Shown here: one piece after another, positions 1 through 11,400 of the stretch
How the letters are laid out: each line of letters begins with the position of its first letter
How positions within the stretch are numbered: position 1 is the first letter of the stretch
Source of the DNA: Amoebophrya sp. A120
Taxonomy: Eukaryota > Protista > Dinoflagellata
Direction: 5' to 3'
Assembly (NCBI GenBank): GCA_905178155.1
Contig: CAJINV010000001.1
Location: 2,904,089 to 2,968,088, forward strand
Length of the DNA stretch: 64,000 nucleotides
Program-made: the position numbers and the translations under genes
Notes under the pieces: model-generated
Seen by the model: only the letters and a program-made list of their open reading frames with translations
Told to the model about the DNA's origin: nothing
Databases searched by the model: none

Positions 1-430
1 CTCGTCCACGACTTCCACGACTTTAGGCTTTGGTGCGGTGTCCCCGCCGATATCGCTGGCGAGGGGGTCGAAGAACTTGGGGAGCCGCTTGTGCGTACCC
101 TGTCGGACGTCCTGGTAGTGCTTGATGCTCGTGCGAATGTCCGAAACATTGTCTTCCAACGACCAGTTGACGCCCTCTTGGGTTGCCTGGGCGCGGAGGG
201 CCTCCAGAGTCTCGCGAGACTCCCTGTGGTGTGCAGGTGGTAGTGGTGTAAGAGTAAGTATGACAAAGGCAGACAACGTAAGTACGTTTCATTATAAAGC
301 AGAAGGACAAACACGATGTTGGGCAATTCAAAACGCCACAAGAGCAGTACTCGGAAACTGATGGTCGCGGTGGCCCGGGCCTTTTGGCGAAAGTCACAGG
401 CAAAGCGTACACTGCCCGACAAGAGGCCAT
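1..430 (-). CDS. Hypothetical protein, 5' part; runs off the window. Exons 430-351 and 223-1
   Basis: ATG in AAAAAATGGC context. A GTACTG...CACAG intron (224-350) joins SVSE to an open frame ESRETLEALRAQATQEGVNWSLEDNVSDIRTSIKHYQDVRQG. Confidence 0.5.
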
Positions 431-963
431 TTTTTGGCTCTACAAAAAAATCTTACACAGTGTCGATTGGTTCGTGCTAAACAACTGTTGTTTGCATTGT
501 GTATAAAATGATGATGAAATGGTTATGGTAGTGCCGACGCAGAGGATGAGGAACAAGTGATGATAACGAGGTAGCGGGTGTGCTGGTGTCAGTCGTGAGT
601 CGTTTCAGATGAGCTCAAAAATTCGATCTCCACACACGAATTCGAGAAACGATGCTCGACTCACTCGACTCTGTGTTGTCCCGCGGCAATAAAGTAAGCT
701 GATGTAACTGAGCGAATCCAATTGGAAGCGACCGAAAAACCTTGCAGGAAAAGTCTTCACAGCAGCAGTGGTTGCCAAGTATCGTTTTATCGATGCCGTC
801 TGAGAGAGAGAAAAATGTGTCACTCATGCAGTCCGAAGAGAGAGAAAGCCAGTTTTAGACTTACGAGGCTTGTTCCAGGTCGAAGGCGAACACAGCTCCC
901 GTTTCGAAGATTTTCTTTTTATTGATTACGCTTACGGTACTTGAAGCAGCGTCCTGCTTTTAC

Positions 964-3900
964 TCAATTATCGCCTCCCCAGAAGTCGTACACCTGTTCT
1001 ACGACGACAGCGACCTCGGCCGTATTCAATAGCCTGCAAGTACGAAGCAATTCCAGGATCGCACAGCACTGCACCTTCAGTGCGACTTGCAGCGGCAGCT
1101 TCACGTCTCCCACTTGTGGGTATTCGTACTCGAAAGCAATCTCGCAACCGGGAATGTCCGCAAGCCGTTCAACACACACCTTTTTCCTCGCAGGAGCATC
1201 ATCTCCCAGCTGCTCGGCAGTGTTTGCGTTGCTCCGCTGTACTGGCTCTTCCTGATTTTTGAGGTCCTGAACCGACACGCGGACTTGCACTTCTTGCTGC
1301 CCACTGATTTCCAGCACTTGGGCGCAGTCCGGTACTCGGAGAGCGATTTTTTCCAAAACCTCCCCCAATGCCTTGAACGGAAGGGTTTCCAGAATGACAA
1401 TTTCCTGACGTTCTTGCGGATTTCGATTCTTACCGCTGTCTACCGCAGTTTCTGGCTGCATGCTGGTGCAGCCCAAGTCGACGACGTCCACAGTCTTGAT
1501 TTGGACCGGATCTATCTCTTTCCAGAAGCGCTCGCTAGCGATTTTTTCCTCTAACAACTGGTCCTGATCTGGGCGAGAACTGAACAACGAGGAAGACGCT
1601 CCTGATACTGTATCAATCTTCGTGCACAGCAGCACGGCTTGTTCGCGGAAGTTTTGCTGGTCAAAGCCTTGGTACCCTTCTTCGGGCGTCAGCATGCGGA
1701 GGGGCTTGGCCAACAAGGCTAGCTGCGCAAAGAGGCCGCCCATGACCACGCCCGGGATCAGGTCTGTGAAAAACGCGGTGGACGTGTAGGCGGTCCAGAA
1801 GCCGTACGACTCCTCGACGATCCCCGCTTCCTTGCTCAACACGTCAAAGTACATCCGCACGAAGTCGGTGAAAGGAAAACGGAACCAGGGCGTGTGGCTC
1901 AGGGAGCTCACCAACACCTCCATCATGTCGACCTGAAGCCATTCGCACAACTTGTACCACGTGTACTCCGGCTGCTTGTGCAGCGTTCGCGCGAGGTTCA
2001 GTGCCCGCAACCTCGCGCACACATCGCGCGCTCGTCGTCCCTGAGATAAAAAAGTAGAAGTTCCTGTGCGTGCAGCAGCCGCTTTGTTCCCATTCTTGCT
2101 GCTATGTTCTTCGTCTTCAATCATCGGAAGATACGTAACAACGAGCTTGTTCTGTCCAGCCTGCCCCAAGGTTATGGCCTGCACAAACATTTTCCGACCA
2201 CTGTCCATGGCCTGCTCCGCCTGCCCCTGCGCGCTGTCTTGCCAGCGCAACCTTTTCAACGTTTCCTTGTCAACAGTCAATGTCCCAAGCTGCAACGGCC
2301 GAGTGTCTTGCACGTTTTGCCCGTTCGTATTTCGCTTCCGATTTGATGCCTGCCCCTGCTCGCGATTGACGTGCACGTTGCTCTGGCTCTGCAGTTGTTG
2401 CTCGTACAACTGCCGTAGCGCCTTTGTAATGTTGGCAGGCCTCGACGTCAAGCTGGTATATCCGAATTCCGCTTGTAAAATGCTTCCGACATTGGCTATC
2501 TGTACCACCTCCGAAGTAGTGCTTGCAGTTCTGCCGGTAGTTGTGCCACCTGTGGCCCCAAAAAGGAACTCCTTAGTGCGCGGCCGTTTCTTTTGCGCAG
2601 TCGCCAGCACCCTGCTGGCTAGCCGTCGCAACTCGTTTCCGCTAGCACTTGCCAACGCGGCAGCCTGCGCAGTCACCTTGCGTTGCGCCTCCAGAACGTC
2701 AGGTGAAATTGGATTCCCGTCCTGCCCCGTGGCCTTTTTTTCTGCTTCTTCGTCTTCGGCCCGCTTTTCCTGCGCAAGCTCCCAGAGCGATACCAGTTCA
2801 GTTAGCCCGACCATTCGCACTCCCATCTTTCCTGTGGCCGTGAAACGCACTTGCGGAGACTTCAGGAAGGCAAAGAGAACCCGGTGCCAGGGATGCACCG
2901 GAACCGTCTCGCCGAACAACCGCTCTTTTGTTGGAACTACGATCGCGTCACAAGATGAGTAATGATCCTGGAGTTGGCAGACCTCGTCAATTGCTTCGAG
3001 CATCTCGTTCCAGACGCTTGGAGTAAGGTACCATGCGAGATTCTCGGCCGCCTGACGCAGGTCCTTGCCTCCGAACTTGGTCACTAGAGCTGTTTGCTGC
3101 CGCACTGTGAACCCCGTCCTGGATAGGGTCTCCGGCTTGAGCAGGCCCGGCTTTTCGGCGTCTAGCCGCAACAGCTCCTGATACACCATCTCAGCGGTAA
3201 CCTCCTCGTCCGGGCCCAACTTTTTCCGTTCGCCTCTCTCGCGTGAGCGGCTCGGCGTATTTTCACCAAGTCCCTTGTCCCCCCACGCCGAGATAGGGCG
3301 TGTCGGATTGATATCGCCCGTGAGTGCGACATGGGGGTTGCGTTGTTCTTCTTGATGTTGTTTTTCCTGCTGCGGCTTTTGTGCCTCTGGTTCTGGTAAA
3401 GGCTGAGGCACGCTTCTTCCATTTGACCGGTCCACCGCTGCGGAAATATCTGCTTCGGGTAGCAGCAGGAACGGAAGGTAGTCACGACAAGCCTGTAATG
3501 CCATGCGCTCCAGATCCCCCAACTGCTGGCCTCCAATCTTATCCCCGACGGCCGAAGGGGAGGGCGGAGACGACGAGCCGTCTGGCGCTGCTGCACCTGC
3601 TTCGGCTTGCAGCGAAGTTTTTTCTCGCCATTGCAGGTACGGCACGATGAGAAACAGCTCATTTGGCAGTACGTCATCCCCGATTTGGAGCACTTCTCGC
3701 ACTTTCACCTTTTCCAGCATCTGGCGCACCCTTTGAATCGCTCTACCGCTGGTGGCCAGAAAATTCGCAAAGGCGGGGCCGGCTTTTTCGGCGAACTGTT
3801 TCGGCAGCACGTCCTTCGCGAGGAGTTTTTCGAAGCTGCGCCCGATAGCAGGCAACACCTCCTCCCCGATGGTCGCCAAAACGCACGCGAGGTTTTTGGC

Positions 3901-6900
3901 AACGGAGGCAGGAACTTGCCCCAGAATTGTCTTGATAATGTCGACCACGGGCGGAGGCGGCAGCTCAGCCGTCGCGACATCGTACGTGGAACAAGCGGTG
4001 TTCAGTTTTGCTTTCGCGTCCGGCTGATCAACTTTTGCATCTGGCTCTTTCTCAAGTTGAGGTTTACAGAAGAGCAGCATTTCGTCCCAGGTGCAGTCGC
4101 CTGGTTCGATCTCGAACAGCATGGCGTCTTCGAACCCGACATTGGTGCAGATATCGCGCCATTCCCTCACCGGTCGAAACGCCCGGATCTCGCGCACCTC
4201 GTGTTCCTCGGCCACCCCCGTCACCGCATTGAATACCGAGTGTGCGAGGTCCAGCATTTCCACGCCCACGCCGGGCGGCTGCTCGAGGCACGGCTCGTTC
4301 TTATTTCGGCGCTTCGCGGTCCTGGAAGTCGTCGTGCAAGATGATGCACGTGGGCGCGGTCCCGAGCCCGACTCCGGAATCAGGACAAGATTGTGCTCCC
4401 GAAAGACGAACCAGCCTCCCGGGCGCAGCACCCGCAGGACCTCCTGGAGGAAGGCCAGCAGACGCTCGTCCGGCGGGATGTGGTGTAGTCCCTGGCTCAT
4501 GGTCACCAGATCCACGCTGGCGTCGGGAATGTCACGCGCCCAGTCGGCTCTTTGAAACAGGTCGAAATGCACCGGCTGCCCGACCAGGGTGAGGCTTCCA
4601 CGCTCGATGATGGCGGGCAGGACCCCACTCCCGGAACACGACGGCATGTTGACCGCGTCGTGGCAAACATACACTCTACCAGTAATGCGAAAATGCTCGC
4701 GCATCTGCAGGACCAACTTCCCATGGTCGCCAATCGACACGTACCCATCGATCTCGATTTTCTCGTCGTTTTTGCGGTTCGAGTTTTTCGAGCGGGACCT
4801 CCGGGACGAGCCGCCGAGGCGGGTGAAAACGCTCGCAAGCTGCCGGACCAACTCCTGCTTCTGCCTTGCGCCTTGCCGCAGCGCTTTCCAATTCTGCAAA
4901 GCCGTTGTGACCGGGTTGCGCGAGGACGTTTCATCGTCGCCTGCGATTGCGCACTGGCGACGCAAGTGGCGAAAGATTTCGATGTCGCTCGCGTTCGCGG
5001 GATCCCAGCACGCCCTCCCCATTTCGCGCATGATTTCCCCGGGATCGCCCACGTTGAAGATACGCACGAGAAATTGCGTCTCAAAGGCGCGGCGCAGCCG
5101 CTTGCTCTGCATCAGTCGTCTGTAGCTGGAATACCGGCGTCGAATCAGGTCGGGCTGCTGCGCTCGTGGAAAATCAGCCGCGCTCCGGAGATACCACGAC
5201 GCGCGGATGGCGGGGAAGAGCAGCGGTGCATCCACATCTCGCAGGAACCCCCCGCCGCCGCATTCAGATTCAGTCCTGCTTCGGTCAACATCATGACCAC
5301 TTCCGATAATTCCGTATTCTTTCTGATACCGTGTCGAACACTCCGGAAGGACATAAGCCTCAAACCAAGCGTTTGCGAACATCGCTTTGGGATCATGCTT
5401 TTCCTTCATCGCGGCGAATTCCGCGGCCCGTGGGTAGGCTTTCTTGAATTCTTCCCGTGAGTAGCACTTCCGGTAGGGAAGATAGAAACTGCCGTGTACG
5501 TTGAGCGTACACGTGAGAAACCGGCGGTGGTATTCGGCCAGTACCTCCGACTCAACGCTGCGCGGCTGTCGCGGCAGCCGGTAGTACAGCACGAACGCGA
5601 AACAGCCGCCGGGAAACCGGCTGTACGCCAGCACAGTGTCCTTATCTTCCTCCACAAACCGGATCGTGCAGTTCAACAGAATCACTCCCGATTCGCTTTC
5701 CCGCGCGTCGATGTCTGCGAAGATCGGGCGGGCGCTGTCGATCCACGCCTGGAAGGCTTGCGCAGGCACGAAAAACTCCTGCAGGATGAACGTGTCGTCG
5801 GCCACGAACAAGGGCTCATACAGCCGGGCCAAATCGTCCGCCGATTCAAACAGCAGGTCGTTTCTGCTCGCCCCCTCATCCAAGGACCAATCTACCGCGG
5901 TGCCCGTTTGACCCTCCAGCAGGTACCGCAGCTCCTTGCCCGCGGGGGCCACCCACTTGTACAAGATTCGTTTCCAGGGCGTCAGCCGCCGCGGCGCAAG
6001 CGGCAGCGACGAAATGGTGGCGCCCGCGTCGCCCCGCCGAAAGATGTAAAGAGACGCCGAGTCACAGTTCAAAATGTTCAGCCGAGCCAGTTTCATTTCA
6101 ACTGCACCAACTCCTGGTGATGGAAAATCAACAGGTAAAAATTCCTGTTCATCACGCGGAGTAGATGCAGGAGATGTTGCTGTTGGCGTCCAGGAGCGCG
6201 TCTCATGGTAGATGCGCTCGAACTCGGAGGCCAGAGCTGTTTGTGTACTGCTAACTGCCGAAGAAGCTCTGGTCGAAAGTTGCATTGCGTCCATTTCCAG
6301 CGTAGCGTTCTCCACGACCTTTAGCGTCACTTCCGTAATTACGCCGAACAGTCCGAACCCGCCCAATGCGAGGGAGAACAGGTCCCGGGAACGAGAATCA
6401 CTAGACTCGCGCGCGCACGTCAGCACCTCAACACTGTCGTCGCCGTTCACGACGACCAGTCGGAACGAAGTCACGCTCTCGGCAAAGCAGAAGTCCGTCG
6501 TGATTCCGTGGGCGTTCACCGCCAACGTGCCGCCCACGGAAAACGAGCAGTACGACTGCATGGTGCGCGGCGACCGCCCGACCTGATTCAAGAAGAAGAT
6601 GAGGTCACTCCACCGACACCCCGGGCCGCACGTCGCGCGTGACGCGGTGCTGTCGAGCCGCATCAGGTGTAAACACTTGGTGTCAATCAGGATTCCATTT
6701 TTTGCCATGCAGTGTCCGCCCATGCTGTGCTGCGTGCCGCGGACGGCAATTTGTGACCGCGTTTTGACCGCGAACTCCAAAATCGCGACGACATCTTCCT
6801 CGCTGCGAGGGAAAAAGACGCGCTGCACGGGCGTAGCGGAAAGGCGCGAAACATCGTCCACGCGGAGCGGATGCTGATGCGGGATCCGCCTTTCGGCAAC

Positions 6901-7005
6901 GGCGGCGGCTGTTTCGGACCGCTCCCCTGTGTCGACGTCCTCGTCATGACCATAAGGATCCGGCCAAACGGCGTCTCGCAGCTGAGAAGATTGCGCCACC
7001 GTCAT
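964..7005 (-). CDS. Intronless ~2010-aa protein: FAD-linked oxidase (FAD_binding_4 / VAO-type) + class I SAM methyltransferase + uncharacterised C-terminal domain
   Basis: FAD-oxidase motifs VRGTQHSMGGH, FSVGGTLAVNAHG, ALGGFGLFGVITEVTL and GSFYLPY...KHDPKAMFAN. Methyltransferase motifs SVDLVTMSQGLHHIP and EVLRVLRPGGWFVFREH. First ATG at 7005; the frame is open from 7071. Confidence 0.85.
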   Translation of the reverse strand: MTVAQSSQLRDAVWPDPYGHDEDVDTGERSETAAAVAERRIPHQHPLRVDDVSRLSATPVQRVFFPRSEEDVVAILEFAVKTRSQIAVRGTQHSMGGHCMAKNGILIDTKCLHLMRLDSTASRATCGPGCRWSDLIFFLNQVGRSPRTMQSYCSFSVGGTLAVNAHGITTDFCFAESVTSFRLVVVNGDDSVEVLTCARESSDSRSRDLFSLALGGFGLFGVITEVTLKVVENATLEMDAMQLSTRASSAVSSTQTALASEFERIYHETRSWTPTATSPASTPRDEQEFLPVDFPSPGVGAVEMKLARLNILNCDSASLYIFRRGDAGATISSLPLAPRRLTPWKRILYKWVAPAGKELRYLLEGQTGTAVDWSLDEGASRNDLLFESADDLARLYEPLFVADDTFILQEFFVPAQAFQAWIDSARPIFADIDARESESGVILLNCTIRFVEEDKDTVLAYSRFPGGCFAFVLYYRLPRQPRSVESEVLAEYHRRFLTCTLNVHGSFYLPYRKCYSREEFKKAYPRAAEFAAMKEKHDPKAMFANAWFEAYVLPECSTRYQKEYGIIGSGHDVDRSRTESECGGGGFLRDVDAPLLFPAIRASWYLRSAADFPRAQQPDLIRRRYSSYRRLMQSKRLRRAFETQFLVRIFNVGDPGEIMREMGRACWDPANASDIEIFRHLRRQCAIAGDDETSSRNPVTTALQNWKALRQGARQKQELVRQLASVFTRLGGSSRRSRSKNSNRKNDEKIEIDGYVSIGDHGKLVLQMREHFRITGRVYVCHDAVNMPSCSGSGVLPAIIERGSLTLVGQPVHFDLFQRADWARDIPDASVDLVTMSQGLHHIPPDERLLAFLQEVLRVLRPGGWFVFREHNLVLIPESGSGPRPRASSCTTTSRTAKRRNKNEPCLEQPPGVGVEMLDLAHSVFNAVTGVAEEHEVREIRAFRPVREWRDICTNVGFEDAMLFEIEPGDCTWDEMLLFCKPQLEKEPDAKVDQPDAKAKLNTACSTYDVATAELPPPPVVDIIKTILGQVPASVAKNLACVLATIGEEVLPAIGRSFEKLLAKDVLPKQFAEKAGPAFANFLATSGRAIQRVRQMLEKVKVREVLQIGDDVLPNELFLIVPYLQWREKTSLQAEAGAAAPDGSSSPPSPSAVGDKIGGQQLGDLERMALQACRDYLPFLLLPEADISAAVDRSNGRSVPQPLPEPEAQKPQQEKQHQEEQRNPHVALTGDINPTRPISAWGDKGLGENTPSRSRERGERKKLGPDEEVTAEMVYQELLRLDAEKPGLLKPETLSRTGFTVRQQTALVTKFGGKDLRQAAENLAWYLTPSVWNEMLEAIDEVCQLQDHYSSCDAIVVPTKERLFGETVPVHPWHRVLFAFLKSPQVRFTATGKMGVRMVGLTELVSLWELAQEKRAEDEEAEKKATGQDGNPISPDVLEAQRKVTAQAAALASASGNELRRLASRVLATAQKKRPRTKEFLFGATGGTTTGRTASTTSEVVQIANVGSILQAEFGYTSLTSRPANITKALRQLYEQQLQSQSNVHVNREQGQASNRKRNTNGQNVQDTRPLQLGTLTVDKETLKRLRWQDSAQGQAEQAMDSGRKMFVQAITLGQAGQNKLVVTYLPMIEDEEHSSKNGNKAAAARTGTSTFLSQGRRARDVCARLRALNLARTLHKQPEYTWYKLCEWLQVDMMEVLVSSLSHTPWFRFPFTDFVRMYFDVLSKEAGIVEESYGFWTAYTSTAFFTDLIPGVVMGGLFAQLALLAKPLRMLTPEEGYQGFDQQNFREQAVLLCTKIDTVSGASSSLFSSRPDQDQLLEEKIASERFWKEIDPVQIKTVDVVDLGCTSMQPETAVDSGKNRNPQERQEIVILETLPFKALGEVLEKIALRVPDCAQVLEISGQQEVQVRVSVQDLKNQEEPVQRSNANTAEQLGDDAPARKKVCVERLADIPGCEIAFEYEYPQVGDVKLPLQVALKVQCCAILELLRTCRLLNTAEVAVVVEQVYDFWGGDN

Positions 7006-8459
7006 GTTCGCATCTTCTTCTTGTTTGTCAGGTCGCACAGGAAAAGTATCACTATCACAGGAGACGTCCAATTATATTGAAAATATAGTTCTGTTCTTAC
7101 ATCCTGAAAGCTCAACGAAAGAGATCGAAAGAACATCAGCCGCACAATCTTAGCACGTCCTTCAGCTGCTTCGTTTTCATCTTCGCTCTTTACCTTTCAT
7201 CTTTATGCGAATTCAGATAAGCACCTTGGTTTCTGTTGGACGAGAAAACTCTCGTTCTCGAATTTCATCGCTTCGCATCGAAATTTGACCTCGCTTGCTG
7301 TGTCGCTCATCTCGTGAGCGATCAGTATAAGTGCAGGCCGACCCTATCATCGGTCGGTTTGTCTTGTAGCGAGGATCTGGGTAAGGTGATGACATCGCAC
7401 AGCGAAAAGGTATCGCATGGCTAGCTTCTGGCTCCGCCGGCCTAAAGTAGGCGGTAGCTCTTGGCTAGCTTCTTCTACCGACCTGAAACGAGGTCGAGTA
7501 GGCTATAATTTACACAAAGAAAGATTTGCATGAAGGGCATCTTAATCGCACACCCTGCGATACCAGTCGCTTTTGACTTGGTTTTCGCATGTGTGAGGCA
7601 ATCATCACCCTTTACTTCAGTCGCCCTTACCTCCATTGCAAAACACGCTCCATCGCAACGATGAAGCGCTATGGCGACTGAATCAACGCGCAGAACTGCA
7701 GGCCTGTCGTGGCGCCCTAATTTCATTTTGTTCAATTTAGGACCTTTCCTCGCCACTCATTTGGGCGACATGATGGGTCTGTGGTTTGAGCACGAAAAAA
7801 CTAAAATGTCTTCAGTTTCATCATCTCCTTTTTCTCTTTGATTTAAATGATTTGAAAGGAGGACCAGGGGAGGGTTGGAGTTGGTCAGTAGCTCCATCAA
7901 GCGATATGTTTTCATATCGACCCCTTCATTTGAGTCCGGAAAAAATTTTTAAGTGGCGCAAATTGCGCCCAGTACTTTCAGCATCAACTTATAGTGATGA
8001 TCGCTTTCCTTACCCATAACATACAAACAGGTTGACTTTCAAGATCTCTTCACAGCGGCTATACAAGGTAGTGTGTACAACCGAAGAACCTTGCAGTAAA
8101 CATTTTGATACATCAAAATCAATAGCATGGAATTTCGACGTTTCCAGGGCGAATACAGCTTCACTGTAGCAAATCTCATTGCTCATGTGTTCGCTTCTTG
8201 TCTATCTGATTTTTTTCAAGCTCACAGAATTCGAACTTGAGGAGAAAAAAATATCCGGAAAATATCTTGTTGCGCCAGTGCGTAGAGGTAGATGACAACT
8301 ACTCACCAAATCACGATAGTAATCCAAGCCGTTGCACTTGTTGCAGGTGAAAAAAAGGTAGGTGCTTCGCGTGGAGTTCTGCTTATTTGGGCTCGTGCCA
8401 ACTACAACTTCGTTACCGCTTTTGCATAGACAATGCAAGAAAGCCTGAGTGTTTCTGTA

Positions 8460-11400
8460 TCATCGTTTCTGTTTCACCTGTCGGGCCCTTGCTGCGAAGC
8501 GCAAGCTCATCAAACTCTCATCTAGCATCGTCGAACAGGGGCTCAGGTTGACGAACATCAATGTTTTCGCACTGCCGCCCAGACTGTCCTGCATCAGCTG
8601 CGTGAGTTTGTGATTCCTGTACGGGATCGGGATCGTAAAAGAATTTCCACCGCCGTTTTGCTGCAGCTCCCCAGTTGTACTAGATAGAATTTCTCGCTGC
8701 TCCCCGCCAACAGTAATTTGTTCCTGCGAATCCACGGAACTCAGTGTGGCGGTGCTGTGCTGTGTCTGCAACATTTTCTGTCCGGCAACAATCGCTTGTA
8801 AAACATCCCCGAGTGCGGAAAGAGATTTGTTGATCTCCACTGCTTCGCGCATTGCAGCCCCGGTAGCCCCGGTCTTCTTCAACCGCTCGGAACCCGCAAG
8901 ATCGCAAAACGTGATCTTGCTGCTCTTTCCCGAATATCAAATGTAAAAATGTCTGGGTCGTCTGGAAGATTGCAACTTGTCATGCTAAATCTGCAGCATG
9001 CAAAAATCTGTGTTGCATGATTGCCAAAAGTCGCCCAGTTTTGAACAAGTCGGGAGGTAGTTTCTCATGCAGGATAGGCATTAGAAAGGTCTCGCAGAAT
9101 CTGTCATGCTAGGTCCGGCATTCCAGACCTCATGGGTCATGGCAAACCTGCATGACAAGTCCTACATTCTTCCAGACCCAGACATTTTTGCAATCCATAC
9201 TGAAAATCGGCTGTTCTCTTCGGACGAGTCGCGGAAGTGCACGGAGAGGACCAAGTGACTGCGACTGCTGGCGTATCCTGAGTAAAAACGTACCCACACC
9301 AGAGTCAGGATGGGGATTTTGCAACACAAACCGAGGAGTTCTGTGAGTCACGCATGACAAGTTGCACTCTGCAGTGTAGTGCAGGTTAGCAAGCGCAGCC
9401 GCATCACAGATTCGTCTGCTTATCCTGTTCACAGCATCACAAATTCCAAAACACGATTGGAAATGGCTCTCATGGGGATGCGCGGTACAAGTCTTCCTGT
9501 CTTTGCAAATCTGCATTACAACTCTGGTCTGGGGACGTTTTTGCTCAGGATATGGTGCTGTTCACCGCCGTGGCCGCGGTTTTCCGCAGTTTCACACCGA
9601 GATTCAAAATTTCGAGCAGCTCTTCCCGGGATTTCACTCGCCTCTCCGTCGCGCCCGGAACGCGGACCTGCCCAGACCGCGGGGACAGTTTCACGACCAA
9701 ATTGCTGTCCTGTTGGAGTTTTCCGACATCGTTGGCAGTCGAAGCGGTGCGGCTCGCGAGAAAGGAGGAAAAGCTGTCACCGCTAGCCCCTGCCGGTGCA
9801 GCAGCTGCTCCGGTCACGGATCCCGCACGGGAATGTGCCGGGCTGCTGCCGCGACTGTGATTGAGGTTCTGCTGCTGCGCTGCCCCCCCGTTGGAGCTGC
9901 TTCTGCGGCGCAATCGAGACACGTTTTGCGTGGAGAGGCGTCCGCGGGTTGGTTCTTGGTCATTATTCGCTGCAGCTGTTTCGGCTGCGGAACTTGTGGT
10001 TCCGAGTGCGCTGCGTGCTGACAGGGAGCGGCGCAGCTCGCCAGAGCCCCCTGGCCGAAGTTCTGGCACGAAGTCGTGGTCCACAAGCAAATCGCGAAGC
10101 TTTGTGTTGTGGAGTTCGCACATGGTGACGAATACCTGGCGCGTCGCGTACCGCTGGTTTTGCTCCAATAGGTTGAAAATGTGGTTTATCGTCCGCGGAG
10201 CCACGCCGGCATCACGATTCAGTGCCGTCGGCTTTTTACCAGTTACTTCGCCTCCAGCAGATATGCTGCTCCTTGGCGTGTTTTTTGCGCTGTTATTTGC
10301 AAGTCCGCCTGAAATTGTCCCCGCTGCCACCGTGGTTCTTGCCGGTGGATTGAACGAGCCTGATTCCGCTACCCCGACTCGCCGCGGTGATGTTGAAGGC
10401 ATTCTGGTAGCATGACCTGAAGTAGACGACGAAGAAGTGGGCTCAGTTGTTGTAATTCCGTTTTGCACCCCCGTTCCACCAGTCATTGTTCCGTTCGACC
10501 ACGTCGCAGCGCCGCCCTTAGAAGTACTACTCTTCTCCGTGACCGCCCCCGATCCGAGCAAGGTGTACGTTTTCCCCGCGCCAGTCTGCCCGTAGGTGAA
10601 AATGCAGACGTTGTAGCCGTCCAACGCGCTTTGTACCAGGTCCGCGCGCTATCAAATGTAAAAATGTCTGGGTCTGGAAGATTCTAAACTTGTAATGCTG
10701 TCTCTGGATTCGAAAAAAATTTGTATTGCATGACCTTCTTTACCCCTCAACCACTGTACCCCCTTTACGATCGCTGCCTCTGGGCAGGACCTCGGGGGGA
10801 TAGGGTCAAGCTCTAACGGGGGTCGGACCCGAGTGAAACCGTTAGAGTGGCAGCATGTCCTGGTCGATTCCGGAAATTCCATGAGCACGGTTACGTTTCC
10901 AATGGTGAAACCAAGCAAAACACGAGGAACAGACAAAGACGAAGGTCAAGGGTGGAGCAGATAAAACGCTGGGGTCTCCTGCAGCTGAAGAAAAGCGTCG
11001 CTGAGCGACTGGACTGGGGTCTCCTGCAGCCCAACAAAAGCCCTATTACAGTGGCCGCGATAGGGACCCCTCCTAGGACTACAAAAAAACACGACCAGCA
11101 GCGAGGAGACGAATGTATGACCAACAAAAGGACTCCAGTTTGTGCTACGTGGAGAGGGCATTTCTCATGCGGTAGAGGCATCACAAAGTCCCCTAAAAAT
11201 CTGTGCTGCTAGGGCATGCATCACAGACATCATGTTCATATCATGGGTCATTCAAAATATGCATGACAAACCTGGCAATCTTCCAGACCCAGATGACATT
11301 TTTGCAGTTGATACGCACTCCTCAAAAATGTCCGTCTGCGTCGACGACGGACCGAATACGGAATCGAATTCGAAAGTTTCCGCCTCTCGGTGCCGACGAA

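Noticed and set aside
424-442. SL-like GCCATTTTTTGGCTC on the plus strand; similar at ~50705
   Set aside because: It is antisense to the genes and is explained by the reverse complement of an AAAATGGC start-like context.
10736-11116. Hammerhead ribozyme or solo LTR in the nested insertion
   Set aside because: I found no properly arranged CTGANGA/GAAA core and no TG...CA ends. It is kept only as an unclassified structured element.
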